Of a stretch of 64,000 bases of DNA, positions 63,265 through 64,000 are shown one piece after another. The notes under the pieces were generated by a model. That model worked only from the letters and a program-made list of their open reading frames with translations. It was not told the origin of the DNA and did no database searches. Made by a program: the position numbers and the translations under genes. Source of the stretch: an uncultured delta proteobacterium (lineage in GTDB: Bacteria; Desulfobacterota; Desulfobacteria; Desulfobacterales; B30-G6). Within the stretch, counting starts at the first letter, position 1, and the number at the start of each line of letters is the position of its first letter. Location of the stretch: assembly GCA_963823335.1 (NCBI GenBank), contig CAWGLD010000004.1, positions 352,001-416,000 on the forward strand, written 5' to 3'.

Positions 63265-64000
63265 TTAAAATTTGCTAAATGTGTCACAACGGTTCATATC
63301 GCCGCTTGCCAAACCAATTTTGAACCATTTCACCCGTTGGGCCGAACTACCATGGGTAAATGAGTCCGGACTCACATATCCTCTGGACTGTTTCTGTAAA
63401 GTGTCATCGCCAATGGCACTGGCTGCCGTGAGGCCTTCTTCTACATCACCTGTTTCGAGTAGTTGTCTGGCACTGTTGGCATGATTGGCCCAGACGCCTG
63501 CGAGACAGTCAGCCTGTAGTTCCTGTTGAACAGAGAGCTTGTTGCTTTCGGCTTTACTCAGTTTATTGCGTGCTGCATGTATTTTACCGGATATGCCCAA
63601 CAGGGTCTGGATATGGTGGCCCACTTCGTGGGCAATGACATAGGCCTGGGCAAAATCTCCCGGTGCCTTGAAACGGTTTTTCAACTGGTCAAAAAAACCC
63701 AGGTCAATGTAGACCTGTTGATCGCCCGGGCAGTAGAAGGGCCCCATGGCTGACTGGGCCATTCCGCAAGCTGATTTGACTGAGTCTCGAAACAGTACAA
63801 GACGTGGTTCCTGATAGCTCATTCCCCTTTGTCGGAACAAGGTGTGCCAGGTTTCTTCGGTATCGGCCAGGATGACTGAAACGAAATCCACCAGTTCTCT
63901 CTCTTCAGCCGTTTCCCGGAGCGGTTCAGTAGATATACCGGGTGGGGTACCTGGTTGTAACCCAAGACCGGCCAACATATTTCCCAGGTTTCCGCTAAAC
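63265..64000 (-). CDS. Neutral zinc metallopeptidase (YpfJ-like), 5' end outside window
   Basis: GPFYCPGD, GDFAQAYVIAHEVGHHIQ, ELQADCLAG, FTHGSSAQR. Confidence 0.93.
   Translation of the reverse strand, partial: FSGNLGNMLAGLGLQPGTPPGISTEPLRETAEERELVDFVSVILADTEETWHTLFRQRGMSYQEPRLVLFRDSVKSACGMAQSAMGPFYCPGDQQVYIDLGFFDQLKNRFKAPGDFAQAYVIAHEVGHHIQTLLGISGKIHAARNKLSKAESNKLSVQQELQADCLAGVWANHANSARQLLETGDVEEGLTAASAIGDDTLQKQSRGYVSPDSFTHGSSAQRVKWFKIGLASGDMNRCDTFSKF

Overview
Core-genome window from a strictly anaerobic bacterium, most likely a Desulfobacterota (Desulfobacterales-like) organism; the taxonomy is inferred from gene content. Main blocks: (i) housekeeping and transport genes (amidase, GT2, TAXI-TRAP transporter plus USP, amrS, DsbA-like, trmO, recD2, acyl-CoA dehydrogenase, homocysteine methyltransferase); (ii) two sigma-54 activators, one divergent from an orp-like (NifX / P-loop Fe-S ATPase / NifU) operon and one divergent from an unannotated 53-aa gene with its own candidate -24/-12 promoter, enhancer sites and terminator; (iii) a Wood-Ljungdahl carbonyl-branch cluster (RACo/acsV, acsD, cooS, acsB, acsC, acsE) followed by a MesD-like folate-independent methionine synthase; (iv) a 1.06-kb HUH (RAYT-like) transposase element with 24-bp terminal inverted repeats; (v) a TetR-headed, peroxisome-like beta-oxidation cluster with two unusual fusion proteins sharing a duplicated SDR-SCP2 module; (vi) PreP-like peptidase, rsmA, a PilZ protein and a Zn peptidase. 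Intergenic DNA carries at least six families of small structured repeats, the most striking being modular arrays of covarying GAA-triloop mini-hairpins. No rRNA, tRNA or CRISPR array was seen. All family calls come from motif recognition by eye; no database search was run.
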